Notes under the pieces: model-generated
Databases searched by the model: none
Told to the model about the DNA's origin: nothing
The model's input: the letters and a program-made list of their open reading frames with translations, nothing else
Position numbers and translations under genes: made by a program
Shown: positions 9,952-21,252 of the stretch, one piece after another
How positions within the stretch are numbered: position 1 is the first letter of the stretch
Layout of the letters: each line of letters opens with the position of its first letter
Assembly (NCBI GenBank): GCA_043802745.1
Contig: JAZDKU010000015.1
Span: 1,358-65,357 of the forward strand
DNA from: a bacterium
GTDB lineage: Bacteria > Patescibacteriota > Minisyncoccia > Minisyncoccales > CG1-02-41-26
Length of the DNA stretch: 64,000 nt
Reading direction: 5' to 3'

Positions 9952-10359
9952 TTAAAATTTTTCAAGCGCTTCTATTGCTCCAATAATCCAACTGGTTCTT
10001 AGCTTATCTTTCATGGAATAAATCTCTTCTTTTGTAAACCACCCAACATCAAGTAACTCATCTTTAGGAAAATTTAACTCACCCCCGATTATTTTTGCTT
10101 CAAAAGCGTGCCTAACTGACTCTTTAATGCTGTCCTGCCAAATTCCGATTTTTCTAACTAACTCAACATCATACCCTGTTTCTTCCTTACCCTCTCTAAT
10201 AGCTGCCTCCTCAATAGTTTCGCCAACATCAACTTTGCCAGCCGGCCAATTCCAAAGACCGTACTGTGAGGGCATACTTTCTTGCACTAATAAATATTTA
10301 TCGTCTTGTTTAATTACAACCCCAGCAGCAACATATGTTTTCACAAATTCTTTTTCCAT
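9952..10359 (-). CDS. NUDIX hydrolase
   Basis: Nudix box AGKVDVGETIEEAAIREGKEETG. True start taken as MEKEF (10359) because the ORF-track extension runs through the tRNA. Confidence 0.88.
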   Translation of the reverse strand: MEKEFVKTYVAAGVVIKQDDKYLLVQESMPSQYGLWNWPAGKVDVGETIEEAAIREGKEETGYDVELVRKIGIWQDSIKESVRHAFEAKIIGGELNFPKDELLDVGWFTKEEIYSMKDKLRTSWIIGAIEALEKF

Positions 10360-10382
10360 ATAGCTACTTATAAATTTCTGTG

Positions 10383-10468
10383 CGGAGAGGGGGAGATTCG
10401 AACTCCCGGTGCCTTGCGACACACACGCTTTCCAAGCGTGCGCACTAGACCAACTATGCGACCTCTCC
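10383..10468 (-). tRNA. tRNA-Ser(GGA)
   Basis: GGAGAGG/CCTCTCC acceptor stem with G73, anticodon loop TTGGAAA, long variable arm, GTTCGAATC T-loop. CCA not encoded. Confidence 0.95.
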
Positions 10469-10508
10469 ATTTATCCAAATACTACTTTAAATTTTTAGGC
10501 CGCGCAAG

Positions 10509-10537
10509 TCCCACTAGAAACAGAGTTTCTAACGGGA
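10509..10537. repeat. Short palindrome of the CCCGTTAGAAAC/GTTTCTAACGGG family
   Basis: TCCCACTAGAAAC-AGA-GTTTCTAACGGGA. The right arm matches the inverted repeat of the element at 50520-50620. Confidence 0.75.
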
Positions 10538-10548
10538 TTCGTTCTGAC

Positions 10549-11454
10549 TTATTTGATATCCAGACCTCGTAAAGCAGATACTCTTTCTTCAACAGGAGGG
10601 TGAGTTAAGAATAACTTGGTTAACCAGTTGCCTGCTCGTTTGCCTTTAAACGGAGAATAAATAAATAAATGGGCAGTGGAGTTGTTGGCTTTTCTCATTG
10701 GGCTTGGGTCGCTTGCAATTTTTTCTAAAGCGCTGGCTAACCCCTCGGGGTATCTTGTTAAAAGCGCCCCCGAAGCATCCGCTAAAAACTCTCGCTTGCG
10801 AGAAATAGCCAATTGAATAAGAGTAGCGGCAATTGGCGCTAAAATAGCAGCCACCAAAGTTAAAACCAACATTATAGCTCCAATTTTTGAATCATCATTA
10901 TCTGAACGCAAACCCCCAAACATACTCATGCGCAAAAAGAAATCAGCCATTATAGCCACCACCCCAGCCAAAACCACAATCACGGTTTGTAGTAGCATAT
11001 CTTTATTTTTAATATGGCTTAATTCATGGGCGATAACTCCCTCAACCTCCACTTTATTTAATTTTTGCAACAAACCAGCTGTGACCACTACCACTGCGTG
11101 ATTATAATCCCGACCTGTGGCAAAAGCATTTGGCTGGGCTTCGGGCATGACATAAATTCTTGGCATAGGTAAACCACTAGCTATACAAAGATTTTCCACA
11201 ATATGAAAAAGCTCTCGATTGTCTGCTTCTTGGATTGGCTGGGACTTTGTCATGGCTAAAACTAATTTGTCGCTCCACCAATAACTACTAATGGAACTGA
11301 AAATGCTAAAAAACACAGCAAAATACAAAATGCCAGGGGCATTAAAATATCTTGATAATAACCAACCAAACCCAATTATCACAACCAAAAATACGGTTAT
11401 CAAAAACCAAGTTTTGCGAATATTTGAATCTGCTTGCGTGTATAAAGTAGACAT
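10549..11454 (-). CDS. htpX: Zinc metalloprotease HtpX (M48)
   Basis: PNAFATG, HELSH, ISRKREFLAD and THPP motifs. Confidence 0.93.
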   Translation of the reverse strand: MSTLYTQADSNIRKTWFLITVFLVVIIGFGWLLSRYFNAPGILYFAVFFSIFSSISSYWWSDKLVLAMTKSQPIQEADNRELFHIVENLCIASGLPMPRIYVMPEAQPNAFATGRDYNHAVVVVTAGLLQKLNKVEVEGVIAHELSHIKNKDMLLQTVIVVLAGVVAIMADFFLRMSMFGGLRSDNDDSKIGAIMLVLTLVAAILAPIAATLIQLAISRKREFLADASGALLTRYPEGLASALEKIASDPSPMRKANNSTAHLFIYSPFKGKRAGNWLTKLFLTHPPVEERVSALRGLDIK

Positions 11455-11535
11455 AAAAAAGTGATTGAGTCATTGAGTGACTAAGTGATTAAATTACTTA
11501 ATCTCTTAATAACTTGATGACTAATTCTTAACTTG
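11449..11535. repeat. 8-bp-period repeat element upstream of htpX (copy 1)
   Basis: 44 bp at 11449-11492 are identical to 32351-32394. Units GTGATTGA/GTCATTGA/GTGACTAA/GTGATTAA are followed by a degenerate inverted arm. Confidence 0.85.
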
Positions 11536-11537
11536 TT

Positions 11538-13253
11538 TTACCATGAGCCTCCGCCTCCGCCACCGAAGCCACCTCCAGAAAAACCGCCACTAAATCCGCT
11601 ACCATCCTTTCCGCCCCCTGGCTGACTTGCTAAAGCTCCGCCAATACCAGCTAGGGATTTGTTTAAAGATTCTGAAAAGTTAACCGGACTAAAGTATGTT
11701 CCATAAACCGCGCCTTCATACCAAGTTGGCGGTGTTTTATAAATCCCTTCAAATGCTTTGGCCCATTTTTTTGTACAGCCAAATATAATGGCATAGGGCA
11801 AGAACTTTTCAAAAATATTTTCTTTTTCCTGAAATTGCGCCCGATATTTTTCTGCCCTGGTGATGTATTCTTTAAACCCTAAAATATGCCACATCATCTC
11901 TGTGCCCTTTTTACTCTTCTTTGGCATAAGGGCGCCAAATATAATAAATAAGAATGCGCAAGTTATTATAATAAAAGCATACCATCCATTTAAATTTCTT
12001 ACAAAAGGAATAAATATTGAAAGAACTTTAATAAGAATAAAAGATCCTATCAAAAGCCCCATACCAATTCCTATAAATGTTGATTTTGCCTTTTCTGGAT
12101 CAGAAACAAAATAATCGTCAAGCACCATTTCTGTTGAGACATTTTCTTTTATCTCTTTAAACTCCTCATAAAATTTTTGACGCAATGAAGAAACCGCCAC
12201 TTCGCTCTTTTGAACGAATAACTTAGAAAGCAAGGTCCATTCAAAAGGCTCTAGTGTTTTGTCCATTACATAATCTTTTTGTTTAATAAATGTCCAGTCC
12301 TTGGTTTTGCCAATAAATTTCTTTTGCTCTGTTTCTTTTATCTTTATGTATCCCTTAACCGCCAAATCAATAATTGTAGCCGACAAATCGATGTAGGTGG
12401 TTTTTTGTTTTAAAATATATGATACCTCTATTGGGCGGAGCTCGTTTGGCAAGTCATATTGCACCATAATAGATCTGTGCAACTTTATATCTCTACCCTT
12501 TTTCCACCAAACAGAAAATAAGTAAACAAACATTAAAACCGGTATAATAAGCGGCCAGTACTTTTTAGCAGAATCTGTTATTTTTTCTATTGTGCTTGGC
12601 GGGCTAACCACGCCCTTTGGCCAGCCGAATACCACGGTTAGACCCTCTCCTTCATCCAGCAAGCGAGTAGTTCGGAAATGAGCTGTTCCATCAAAAGAAT
12701 ATTGACAATCTTCTCTTGTTGAACCAAACTGCCCCACATAACATTTTAAATTTTTTTCTCCTAAAAAATCTTCTACTTGCGGAAAATTAATGTTTATCAA
12801 AACGCCTTCGATTGGCACAGGCCAATTATTGCCAGTTACATTCCAATAAAACTCGTCGTGGTCGGGCAAAAACTTTACAGCACCCTTAACTAAATAAGTG
12901 ATGATGTATTGATGCTCCCCAGTAATTGTTTGGTTGGCATCGCCGATTTTTACTCTAATATTATCGCCTGTTTTTGACAAATCGTATTTATACTTATTGC
13001 CATTTTCATCAACCACACTTTTCACATCAACGTTAATATCTTTTGTATAAATATCCCGGTAGATGCCGTGCCTGTACTCTGTGCCAAAATCATAAAAAAT
13101 ATCCTCGGTTATTAAAACCGAACTATTCTTCTGAATTTGCGCCTGCACATCATAGCTATTTATTTTTTCTTGTGCCAAAGCAAAGCTACCAATAAACAAA
13201 GCTATTAAAAAAATAAATAAAAATACTTTAACTTGAAAATTTCTTTTTACCAT
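11538..13253 (-). CDS. DUF2207 family membrane protein
   Basis: GIYRDI, DEFYWNVTGNNW, LPYAIIFG and a C-terminal GGFSGGGFGGGGGGSW tail. lemA-DUF2207-htpX context. Start set at MVKRN. Confidence 0.88.
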   Translation of the reverse strand: MVKRNFQVKVFLFIFLIALFIGSFALAQEKINSYDVQAQIQKNSSVLITEDIFYDFGTEYRHGIYRDIYTKDINVDVKSVVDENGNKYKYDLSKTGDNIRVKIGDANQTITGEHQYIITYLVKGAVKFLPDHDEFYWNVTGNNWPVPIEGVLININFPQVEDFLGEKNLKCYVGQFGSTREDCQYSFDGTAHFRTTRLLDEGEGLTVVFGWPKGVVSPPSTIEKITDSAKKYWPLIIPVLMFVYLFSVWWKKGRDIKLHRSIMVQYDLPNELRPIEVSYILKQKTTYIDLSATIIDLAVKGYIKIKETEQKKFIGKTKDWTFIKQKDYVMDKTLEPFEWTLLSKLFVQKSEVAVSSLRQKFYEEFKEIKENVSTEMVLDDYFVSDPEKAKSTFIGIGMGLLIGSFILIKVLSIFIPFVRNLNGWYAFIIITCAFLFIIFGALMPKKSKKGTEMMWHILGFKEYITRAEKYRAQFQEKENIFEKFLPYAIIFGCTKKWAKAFEGIYKTPPTWYEGAVYGTYFSPVNFSESLNKSLAGIGGALASQPGGGKDGSGFSGGFSGGGFGGGGGGSW

Positions 13254-13265
13254 AAGACGAAAACA

Positions 13266-13296
13266 GGCCCAACCTAACAGCTTGCTGGGTTGGGCC
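13266..13296. repeat. Intergenic hairpin (REP-like)
   Basis: GGCCCAACC(TAAC)..(GCTG)GGTTGGGCC inverted repeat between lemA and DUF2207. Confidence 0.55.
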
Positions 13297-13311
13297 AAAG
13301 CGAGCTGTTAA

Positions 13312-13863
13312 TTAAAACTTAACTTGAGGGGCTTGTTTTTCGCTAGGTTCTTGTATTTCAAAAAGATCCATCTTTTTGAAGCCAAATATCTTGGCTGCAA
13401 TATTAGAAGGAAAACTCTCAATTTTAATGGCTAAGTCCCGCACATTAGCATTGTAAAACCTGCGAGCAGCCTGAACCTTATCTTCAGTATCAGTTAATTC
13501 TCTTTGTAATTCTAAAAAGTTAACTGAAGCCTTTAAGTCTGGATAATTTTCGGAAACAGCAAACAACGACTTTAAAGTGCCCGCCAAAACGTTTTCTGCT
13601 TGGGCTTTATCAGTCACACCTTGAGCGCCCATGGCATTTGCTCTAGCTTGAGTGACTTTTTCAAACAGCTCTCGCTCATGTGTGGCATAACCTTTAACTA
13701 TATTTACTAAGTTTGGAATCAAATCGTACCTTCTTTTTAACTGAACATCAATATCAGCCCAGGCCTCTTTGGCTCTGTTTTTTAAACTCACCAAGCTATT
13801 ATAGAAAACAACCATAATAGCTACGAACAACACAATAACACCTAAAATTATTAACATTGTCAT
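13312..13863 (-). CDS. lemA: LemA family protein
   Basis: AWADIDVQLKRRYDLIPNLV and ENYPDLKA motifs. Start set at MTML. Confidence 0.93.
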   Translation of the reverse strand: MTMLIILGVIVLFVAIMVVFYNSLVSLKNRAKEAWADIDVQLKRRYDLIPNLVNIVKGYATHERELFEKVTQARANAMGAQGVTDKAQAENVLAGTLKSLFAVSENYPDLKASVNFLELQRELTDTEDKVQAARRFYNANVRDLAIKIESFPSNIAAKIFGFKKMDLFEIQEPSEKQAPQVKF

Positions 13864-13872
13864 ACTTTTGTT

Positions 13873-13955
13873 AAAGCCCGAAACCATAAACCAGAATGCC
13901 GAACAAATACAAAAATATTTAAGTATTTTTCGGATTTCGGATTTCGGATTTTTTT
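13873..13955. repeat. Inverted heptamer-array element (copy 1)
   Basis: A-rich arm AAGCCCGAAACCATAAACCAGAAT followed by (TTTCGGA)n. Homologous to 16281-16370. Confidence 0.8.
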
Positions 13956-13957
13956 AA

Positions 13958-14491
13958 TTATTTTGGTAAGTTGGCAATAAAGATTGCCAAGGCAGGGTGC
14001 TGAACCAATAACTTATCGTTGAATAATTTTACCACTGCCATAAAATCATCAACTTCTTCTTTAAACGTTTCCGGACCCACAAAAACTTCCCTGCCCTCTT
14101 GGGCCAAACTTCTTAAATAATGGCACAAAATTTCATCAGTTTTCTTTTGTTTTAAATAACTGATTATTTTTTTAAACTCTCCTCTGTCAAGAAAAACCCC
14201 GTGGCAAAAATCACAAATATCAACCTTTATTGTCGAATGGTTGTAATTTACCTCATAAAGCGGGACTGCATCAACCGGACAAATCTTAGCTGTTTTACCC
14301 ATATGAAATTTTGTGGCCTCGTTCCACAAATCAACATCAAGCCATTGCAATGATTTATCAGCTTGGTCTTTGGCTTGCCTTAGCTCATCTTCTGAAAACC
14401 AAACTCCCAAGCACCTTGAGCAATAGTCAACATTGATGTTATAAAACATCGCTTTTTTCATTTCTTCACCTTGATGCGTTGGACATTTCAT
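13958..14491 (-). CDS. zf-TFIIB-like double zinc-ribbon protein
   Basis: CPTH..VDYCSRCLGVWF and CPVD..VDICDFCHGVFLDRGE repeats. Confidence 0.8.
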   Translation of the reverse strand: MKCPTHQGEEMKKAMFYNINVDYCSRCLGVWFSEDELRQAKDQADKSLQWLDVDLWNEATKFHMGKTAKICPVDAVPLYEVNYNHSTIKVDICDFCHGVFLDRGEFKKIISYLKQKKTDEILCHYLRSLAQEGREVFVGPETFKEEVDDFMAVVKLFNDKLLVQHPALAIFIANLPK

Positions 14492-14532
14492 ACGATTGTA
14501 TTATAACAAAAAATTGTCTCAAAATCAATTGT

Positions 14533-14576
14533 AAAACAAAACCGCTCCGACAAGCTTGTCGGAGCGGTTTTGTTTT
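14533..14576. terminator. Perfect 44-bp palindrome, probable groEL terminator
   Basis: AAAACAAAACCGCTCCGACAAG|CTTGTCGGAGCGGTTTTGTTTT with T-tracts on both strands. Confidence 0.8.
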
Positions 14577-14581
14577 GCTTG

Positions 14582-14608
14582 ATTCCTAATTCCTAATTCT
14601 TAATTCTT
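14582..14608. repeat. Heptamer tandem array (ATTCCTA/ATTCTTA)
   Basis: About 4 units just past the groEL stop. Same unit family as the inserts in tatD, ileS and argS. Confidence 0.75.
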
Positions 14609-14612
14609 GTGT

Positions 14613-16370
<1,758 letters not shown>

Positions 16371-16377
16371 AATGATT

Positions 16378-16668
16378 TTATTCTAAAATCGCCAAAATAT
16401 CTTCTTCTTTGACAATTAAACACTCCTTATCGCCAACTTTTATTTTTGTAATACCATAGGGCTTAGAAAATAAAATTTTGTCGCCTACTTTTACAGCCAC
16501 AGGGACTTTCTCGCCTTTTACTGTTTTTCCCGGGCCAACCGCCATAACTTTGGCTTCCTCTGGCCCTTCTCTGTCTGAATTTTGAGGCACAAAAAAACCA
16601 GAATCGGTTTTTTCTTTGGCCAAAACTGGCTCAATTAACACATGATCAGATAATGGTTTGATAGTCAT
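16378..16668 (-). CDS. groS: Co-chaperonin GroES
   Basis: IKPLSDHVLI, AVGPG and EEDILAI motifs. Directly upstream of groL. Confidence 0.95.
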   Translation of the reverse strand: MTIKPLSDHVLIEPVLAKEKTDSGFFVPQNSDREGPEEAKVMAVGPGKTVKGEKVPVAVKVGDKILFSKPYGITKIKVGDKECLIVKEEDILAILE

Positions 16669-16697
16669 ATTTTTTTAATTTTTTTCTTAGTATTTAT

Positions 16698-16725
16698 ATT
16701 CTACTCTAATCCCAGTCCTCGTCAA
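16698..16725 (-). promoter_or_regulatory. Putative sigma70 promoter of groESL
   Basis: TTGACG-16 nt-TAGAAT on the minus strand. Confidence 0.5.
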
Positions 16726-16845
16726 TATCAATAGTTATTAAAATTAAGCGGAAAATCTTGACTTCACCAACTTTTTGTTTTTTAATAGTAGTCATAAATT
16801 TATTCCCTGCTTAATATGAACAGCTTACTCCTTCCCCAAATCTTG

Positions 16846-19722
16846 TCAACTCCCTGCGCTACCTCGCAAATATTTTCCTGTCCAGCTGGTTTTGTTTTGG
16901 CTAATTTGTGTTGGTGTGCCTTCAGCTACAATCTGTCCGCCTTTTTCTCCGCTATCTGGGCCCAAGTCAACAATCCAATCAGCCTGATTAGCCAAATCCA
17001 TATTATGTTCAATAATAATTACTGTATTACCCTTATCAACTAAGGCTTTTAAAACAAACAAAAGCTTGTTTGTATCGTCTGGATGCAAGCCAGTGGTTGG
17101 CTCATCAAGAATATATAATGTTTTACCCGTAGATTTCTTTGACAGCTCAGTGGCTAATTTTATCCTTTGCGCTTCCCCGCCCGACAAAGAAGTAGCTGAC
17201 TGGCCAAGCTCAACATAAGAAAGCCCAACCTCGCTTAATGTTTGTAATTTTTGACTTAAAACTGGTATGTTTTTGAAAAACTCCAAGGCCTCCTCAACTG
17301 TCATATTTAAAACATCAGCAATTGATTTTCCTTTGTAATCCACCTCCAAAGTCTCTCGATTATATCTTTTGCCATGGCATTCCTGACACTGCACAAAAAC
17401 ATCAGGCAAAAAATACATTTCAATCTTTTTTACGCCTTGGCCTTCACATGCCTCGCATCTACCACCCCTAACATTAAAACTAAACCTGCCCAATTTAAAA
17501 CCTCGAACTCTTGCTTCTTTTGTTTTAGCAAAAATATCTCTAATATAATTGAAAGCGCCCGTATAGGTGGCTGGATTGCTACGAGGCGTGCGACCAATCG
17601 GGGATTGGTCAACCAGAACAACTTTGTCTAAAAACTCTGTACCCAAAATGCTATCGTGCAGGCCAATAATATCTTTTGACCGATAAAACTTTTGATACAA
17701 GGCTTTAGCCAAAATATCATTAATCAAGCTACTCTTGCCAGACCCCGAAACCCCTGTCACGCAGACAAATTTACCAAGCGGAATTTTAACATCAATATTT
17801 TTTAAATTATTCTCCTTCGCCCCTTTTATTTCTAAGTATCTTTGTTTTGAAATTTGATTTTTTGAATTTTGGGTTTGTTTAGAGTTTAAGATTTCGGATT
17901 TAGAATTTCTGGCAGAAATTATTTTTCTGCCAGAGAGGTATTCACCTGTAAGAGTCCTCGAGCTTAACAATTGTTTCGGCGTTCCCTCAAAAATAACCCT
18001 ACCCCCGTGCTTGCCAGCTCCAGGGCCAATATCAATAATCCAATCAGCTGATTTAACTGTTAAAGGATCGTGCTCAACCACAATCACTGAATTACCAACA
18101 TCTCTTAATTCCTTTAAAGTTACAATTAGCTTACTCTGGTCTCTGGGGTGCAAGCCAACTGATGGCTCGTCTAAAATATATAAAACCCCAGTTAGTTTTG
18201 AACCAATTTGCGTGGCTAATCTTGCTCTTTGCTCTTCCCCGCCCGACAATGTTTCAGTTTCTCTGGATAGGGTTAAATAATCCAAGCCCACGGAAACCAA
18301 AAACCCCAAACGGCTAACGATTTCTTTAATTAAAGGCTGGGCTATTTTTAAATGTTCTTGAGAAAAGTTTTTTGTTAAATTTTCAAAAAACTTTTTAGCT
18401 TCAATTGACGGCATATCTGAAACATCAGCAACTGATTTACCAGCAATTTTTACGGCCAGAGATTCTTTGTTCAGGCGCTTGCCTTGACATTTTTCACACA
18501 CACGAGAAACCATGTAGCGCTGGATTTCTTCCTTAGCCCAATCAGAATCTGTTGCCCAATATCGCCTTTGCAAATTAGTGATTACTCCTTCAAACCCTTC
18601 GCTATTGCCGTATAAAATTAAATCCAAAATTTCTGGCCTTAAATTTTTAATTGGCTCATCAAGAGAAAATTTATACTCATCCGCCAAATCAGACAAAACA
18701 CTAAAATAATAACCCTGCCTGCCAACCTTATGGCTGGCTCTAGCCCAAGGAAAAATCGCACCCTCTGCAATAGAAAGATTCTTATTGGGAATAACTAAGT
18801 CTGGAGAAACTTCTAATTTTTTACCAAGTCCTTGGCAATTCTTGCAAGCTCCAAAAGGCGAGTTAAAAGAAAATAATCTTGGCTCAATTTCTGGCAAAGA
18901 AACTTCGCAATAATCGCAAGCAAAGTGTTCACTAAAGATTAAATCTGCTGATTTAATCTTTTGATTCATGGTTGATGATTCATGACTCACGATGACTGCT
19001 CCATTGCCAAGTCGCAAGGCAATTTCTAAAGAATCAACTAACCGAGATTTCTCTAAGTCTTTATCTAAAACTAATCTGTCAACCACGATTTCAATGCTGT
19101 GCTTTTTCTGCCTGTCCAAATCTCTTTCTACTGCTTCGTCTAATCGTTGAATAACTCCATCAATTCGCGCTCGCACAAACCCGGCTTTTTGCGCTTCTAC
19201 TAAAACTGCTTTGTGCTCGCCTTTTTTGGCTTTAACAGCCGGACCTAAAATATTAATTTCGCTGTTCTTTGGCAGGCTCAAAATATTTTTAACGATTTGG
19301 TCGATTGTTTGTTTTTTTACTTCACGGTTGCAATTTGGGCAATAGGGCGTGCCTACTCGACTAAACAAAACTCTCAAATAATCGTAAATTTCAGTCATTG
19401 TGCCCACTGTGGACCTTGGATTGTGAGATGATTTTCTTTGGTCTATAGAAATGGCTGGGGAGATGCCTTCTATTTTATCAACATCTGGTTTTTGCATCAC
19501 GCCTAAAAACTGGCGAGCATAAGAGGATAAACTTTCCACATATCTTCTTTGGCCTTCAGCATACAAAGTATCAAAAGCCAAACTGGATTTGCCCGAGCCA
19601 GAAACGCCAGTGATAACCACGAGCTTGTTTTTGGGAATGTCCAAATCAATATTTTTCAAATTGTGCACTCTCGCCCCGCGTATGGAAATATAATTTTGTG
19701 GATTTTTTATTTTTGTTGCCAT
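16846..19722 (-). CDS. uvrA: Excinuclease ABC subunit A
   Basis: Two GVSGSGKSSL Walker A motifs, zinc fingers and LSGGE signatures. Start at 19722 or 19734. Confidence 0.97.
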   Translation of the reverse strand: MATKIKNPQNYISIRGARVHNLKNIDLDIPKNKLVVITGVSGSGKSSLAFDTLYAEGQRRYVESLSSYARQFLGVMQKPDVDKIEGISPAISIDQRKSSHNPRSTVGTMTEIYDYLRVLFSRVGTPYCPNCNREVKKQTIDQIVKNILSLPKNSEINILGPAVKAKKGEHKAVLVEAQKAGFVRARIDGVIQRLDEAVERDLDRQKKHSIEIVVDRLVLDKDLEKSRLVDSLEIALRLGNGAVIVSHESSTMNQKIKSADLIFSEHFACDYCEVSLPEIEPRLFSFNSPFGACKNCQGLGKKLEVSPDLVIPNKNLSIAEGAIFPWARASHKVGRQGYYFSVLSDLADEYKFSLDEPIKNLRPEILDLILYGNSEGFEGVITNLQRRYWATDSDWAKEEIQRYMVSRVCEKCQGKRLNKESLAVKIAGKSVADVSDMPSIEAKKFFENLTKNFSQEHLKIAQPLIKEIVSRLGFLVSVGLDYLTLSRETETLSGGEEQRARLATQIGSKLTGVLYILDEPSVGLHPRDQSKLIVTLKELRDVGNSVIVVEHDPLTVKSADWIIDIGPGAGKHGGRVIFEGTPKQLLSSRTLTGEYLSGRKIISARNSKSEILNSKQTQNSKNQISKQRYLEIKGAKENNLKNIDVKIPLGKFVCVTGVSGSGKSSLINDILAKALYQKFYRSKDIIGLHDSILGTEFLDKVVLVDQSPIGRTPRSNPATYTGAFNYIRDIFAKTKEARVRGFKLGRFSFNVRGGRCEACEGQGVKKIEMYFLPDVFVQCQECHGKRYNRETLEVDYKGKSIADVLNMTVEEALEFFKNIPVLSQKLQTLSEVGLSYVELGQSATSLSGGEAQRIKLATELSKKSTGKTLYILDEPTTGLHPDDTNKLLFVLKALVDKGNTVIIIEHNMDLANQADWIVDLGPDSGEKGGQIVAEGTPTQISQNKTSWTGKYLRGSAGS
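17845..17908. repeat. In-frame heptamer array in uvrA
   Basis: Minus strand AAATTCT AAATCCG AAATCTT AAACTCT.. encodes RNSKSEILNSKQTQNSKNQISKQ in the inter-domain linker. Confidence 0.7.
18960..18987. repeat. In-frame heptamer array in uvrA
   Basis: AGTCATG AATCATC AACCATG AATCAAA encodes SHESSTMNQK. Confidence 0.55.
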
Positions 19723-19778
19723 AGAAATATGCATTATAACCCATTTTCACCCAAAAGAAAAGCAACCGGGGTGAACTC

Positions 19779-20288
19779 TTAATCCAGTTGCTTATTTCTT
19801 CCATTTATTTCGTCGAAAAATTCCCTAACTGATAAAAGAGTACAGTTAGACAATCTTTTCTTATTAATAAATCTCAATATGTTCATCCTTGCTTCTGAAT
19901 CATCAGTCACAAGGACCATATTTTTAAAATACCTTGCCCTCTTGAGAGCGTCTAACAAATAGCCGTCTGCTCCTGTTCTGCTCCCTCCATTTGGGCAGAA
20001 AACAAGAAAAAAACTTCCGTGTTTCTTTCTCTCTGTTTCAGTTACATTGCTTGAGTCAGCGGCAATTTCCACAAGAAAATCGCCATAAGCCGAGCTACTT
20101 ATGATTCTCTCTCCAAGAGAGTGTAGAGCTTCTGTTAAATGGCCGTTTTGCTCTCTAATCCTCCTATCTCTGAAAGCCACATTAAATGCGTCGACTATCA
20201 CTATCTCGTGGCAAACATCGGGATTAAATTTTCTCTTCTTTTTATCCAATAAAATCACCTCTCTCCTTATTGGATTTTTAATACGCAA
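19779..20288 (-). CDS. PIN/NYN-domain protein (putative RNase)
   Basis: IVIVDAFNV, GADGYL and VLVTDD form a PIN-like acidic motif pattern. Start uncertain. Confidence 0.6.
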   Translation of the reverse strand: MRIKNPIRREVILLDKKKRKFNPDVCHEIVIVDAFNVAFRDRRIREQNGHLTEALHSLGERIISSSAYGDFLVEIAADSSNVTETERKKHGSFFLVFCPNGGSRTGADGYLLDALKRARYFKNMVLVTDDSEARMNILRFINKKRLSNCTLLSVREFFDEINGRNKQLD

Positions 20289-20364
20289 TTAAAAAAAGAT
20301 TACTCCAAATATTAGAAAAATACAAGTTTTGGGAAAAATAAAGAAAGTATGATACATTAAATTT

Positions 20365-21252
20365 ATGGAGAGGTTTTTGAATAATTTTCCAATAGGACAG
20401 ATCGATATAAAAAATTCTTATTTTCCCAAGGCGTTGAGAAATTTAGCGGGAATGCCAGAGGTTTTATATTACAGGGGCAATATCAAAATTTTAAATGAAA
20501 AATGCTTTGCCATTGTGGGCACGAGAAAGCCAACAGATTATGGCAAATCAGTTGCTTTATCTTTTAGCAATGGGCTTGCTGAATCTGGACTAACAATTGT
20601 TTCTGGCCTGGCCTTGGGCATTGATAGCTTAGCTCACCAGTGCGCTATTGATAAAAATGCTTTAACCATAGCGGTTTTGGGCTCTGGTCTAGACGAGCCA
20701 TGCTTTTACCCTGCAGAAAACTTAAAATTAGCCAAACAAATTTTAGAAAAAAATGGCTGTTTAGTTTCAGAATATCCATCTGGCACAAAAGGCGCTCTCT
20801 ATACTTTCCCGCAAAGAAACCGTATAATAGCAGGGTTGTCACTTGGAGCCTTAGTGGTGGAAGCAAAAATAAAATCTGGTGCTTTGATTACAGCCAGCTA
20901 TGCCAAGCAATATAAAAAACCTGTTTTTGCCATACCAAATAGCATTTACACCCAAACTTCCAAGGGCTGTAATTTTTTAATAAAAAACGGAGCCAAGCTG
21001 GTTGAATCGCCAAATGAAATCCTAGAAGTCCTTGGTTTAAAACAAAAAATAGAAACACAAGACCTTTTTGGCACAAGCCAAGAAAAAATAATAGCTGAAG
21101 TTCTAAAAAACGGCCCCTTACACATTGACACTATAATTGAAAAAACAAAAATGCCATCTCAGGCAATATCTGGAATTATCTGTATAATGGAATTAGAAAA
21201 TAAAATTAAAAACCTAGGCGCAAACACATATGCAATCATTAATAATAGTTGA
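20365..21252 (+). CDS. dprA: DNA-processing protein DprA
   Basis: AIVGTR, IVSGLALGID, FPQRNRIIAGLS and SGALITA motifs. Confidence 0.95.
   Translation: MERFLNNFPIGQIDIKNSYFPKALRNLAGMPEVLYYRGNIKILNEKCFAIVGTRKPTDYGKSVALSFSNGLAESGLTIVSGLALGIDSLAHQCAIDKNALTIAVLGSGLDEPCFYPAENLKLAKQILEKNGCLVSEYPSGTKGALYTFPQRNRIIAGLSLGALVVEAKIKSGALITASYAKQYKKPVFAIPNSIYTQTSKGCNFLIKNGAKLVESPNEILEVLGLKQKIETQDLFGTSQEKIIAEVLKNGPLHIDTIIEKTKMPSQAISGIICIMELENKIKNLGANTYAIINNS

Noticed and set aside
10360-10470. N-terminal extension of the Nudix ORF 9952..10470
   Set aside because: It is a translation of the tRNA-Ser gene.
16669-16845. CIRCE operator upstream of groES
   Set aside because: No TTAGCACTC-N9-GAGTGCTAA match seen.
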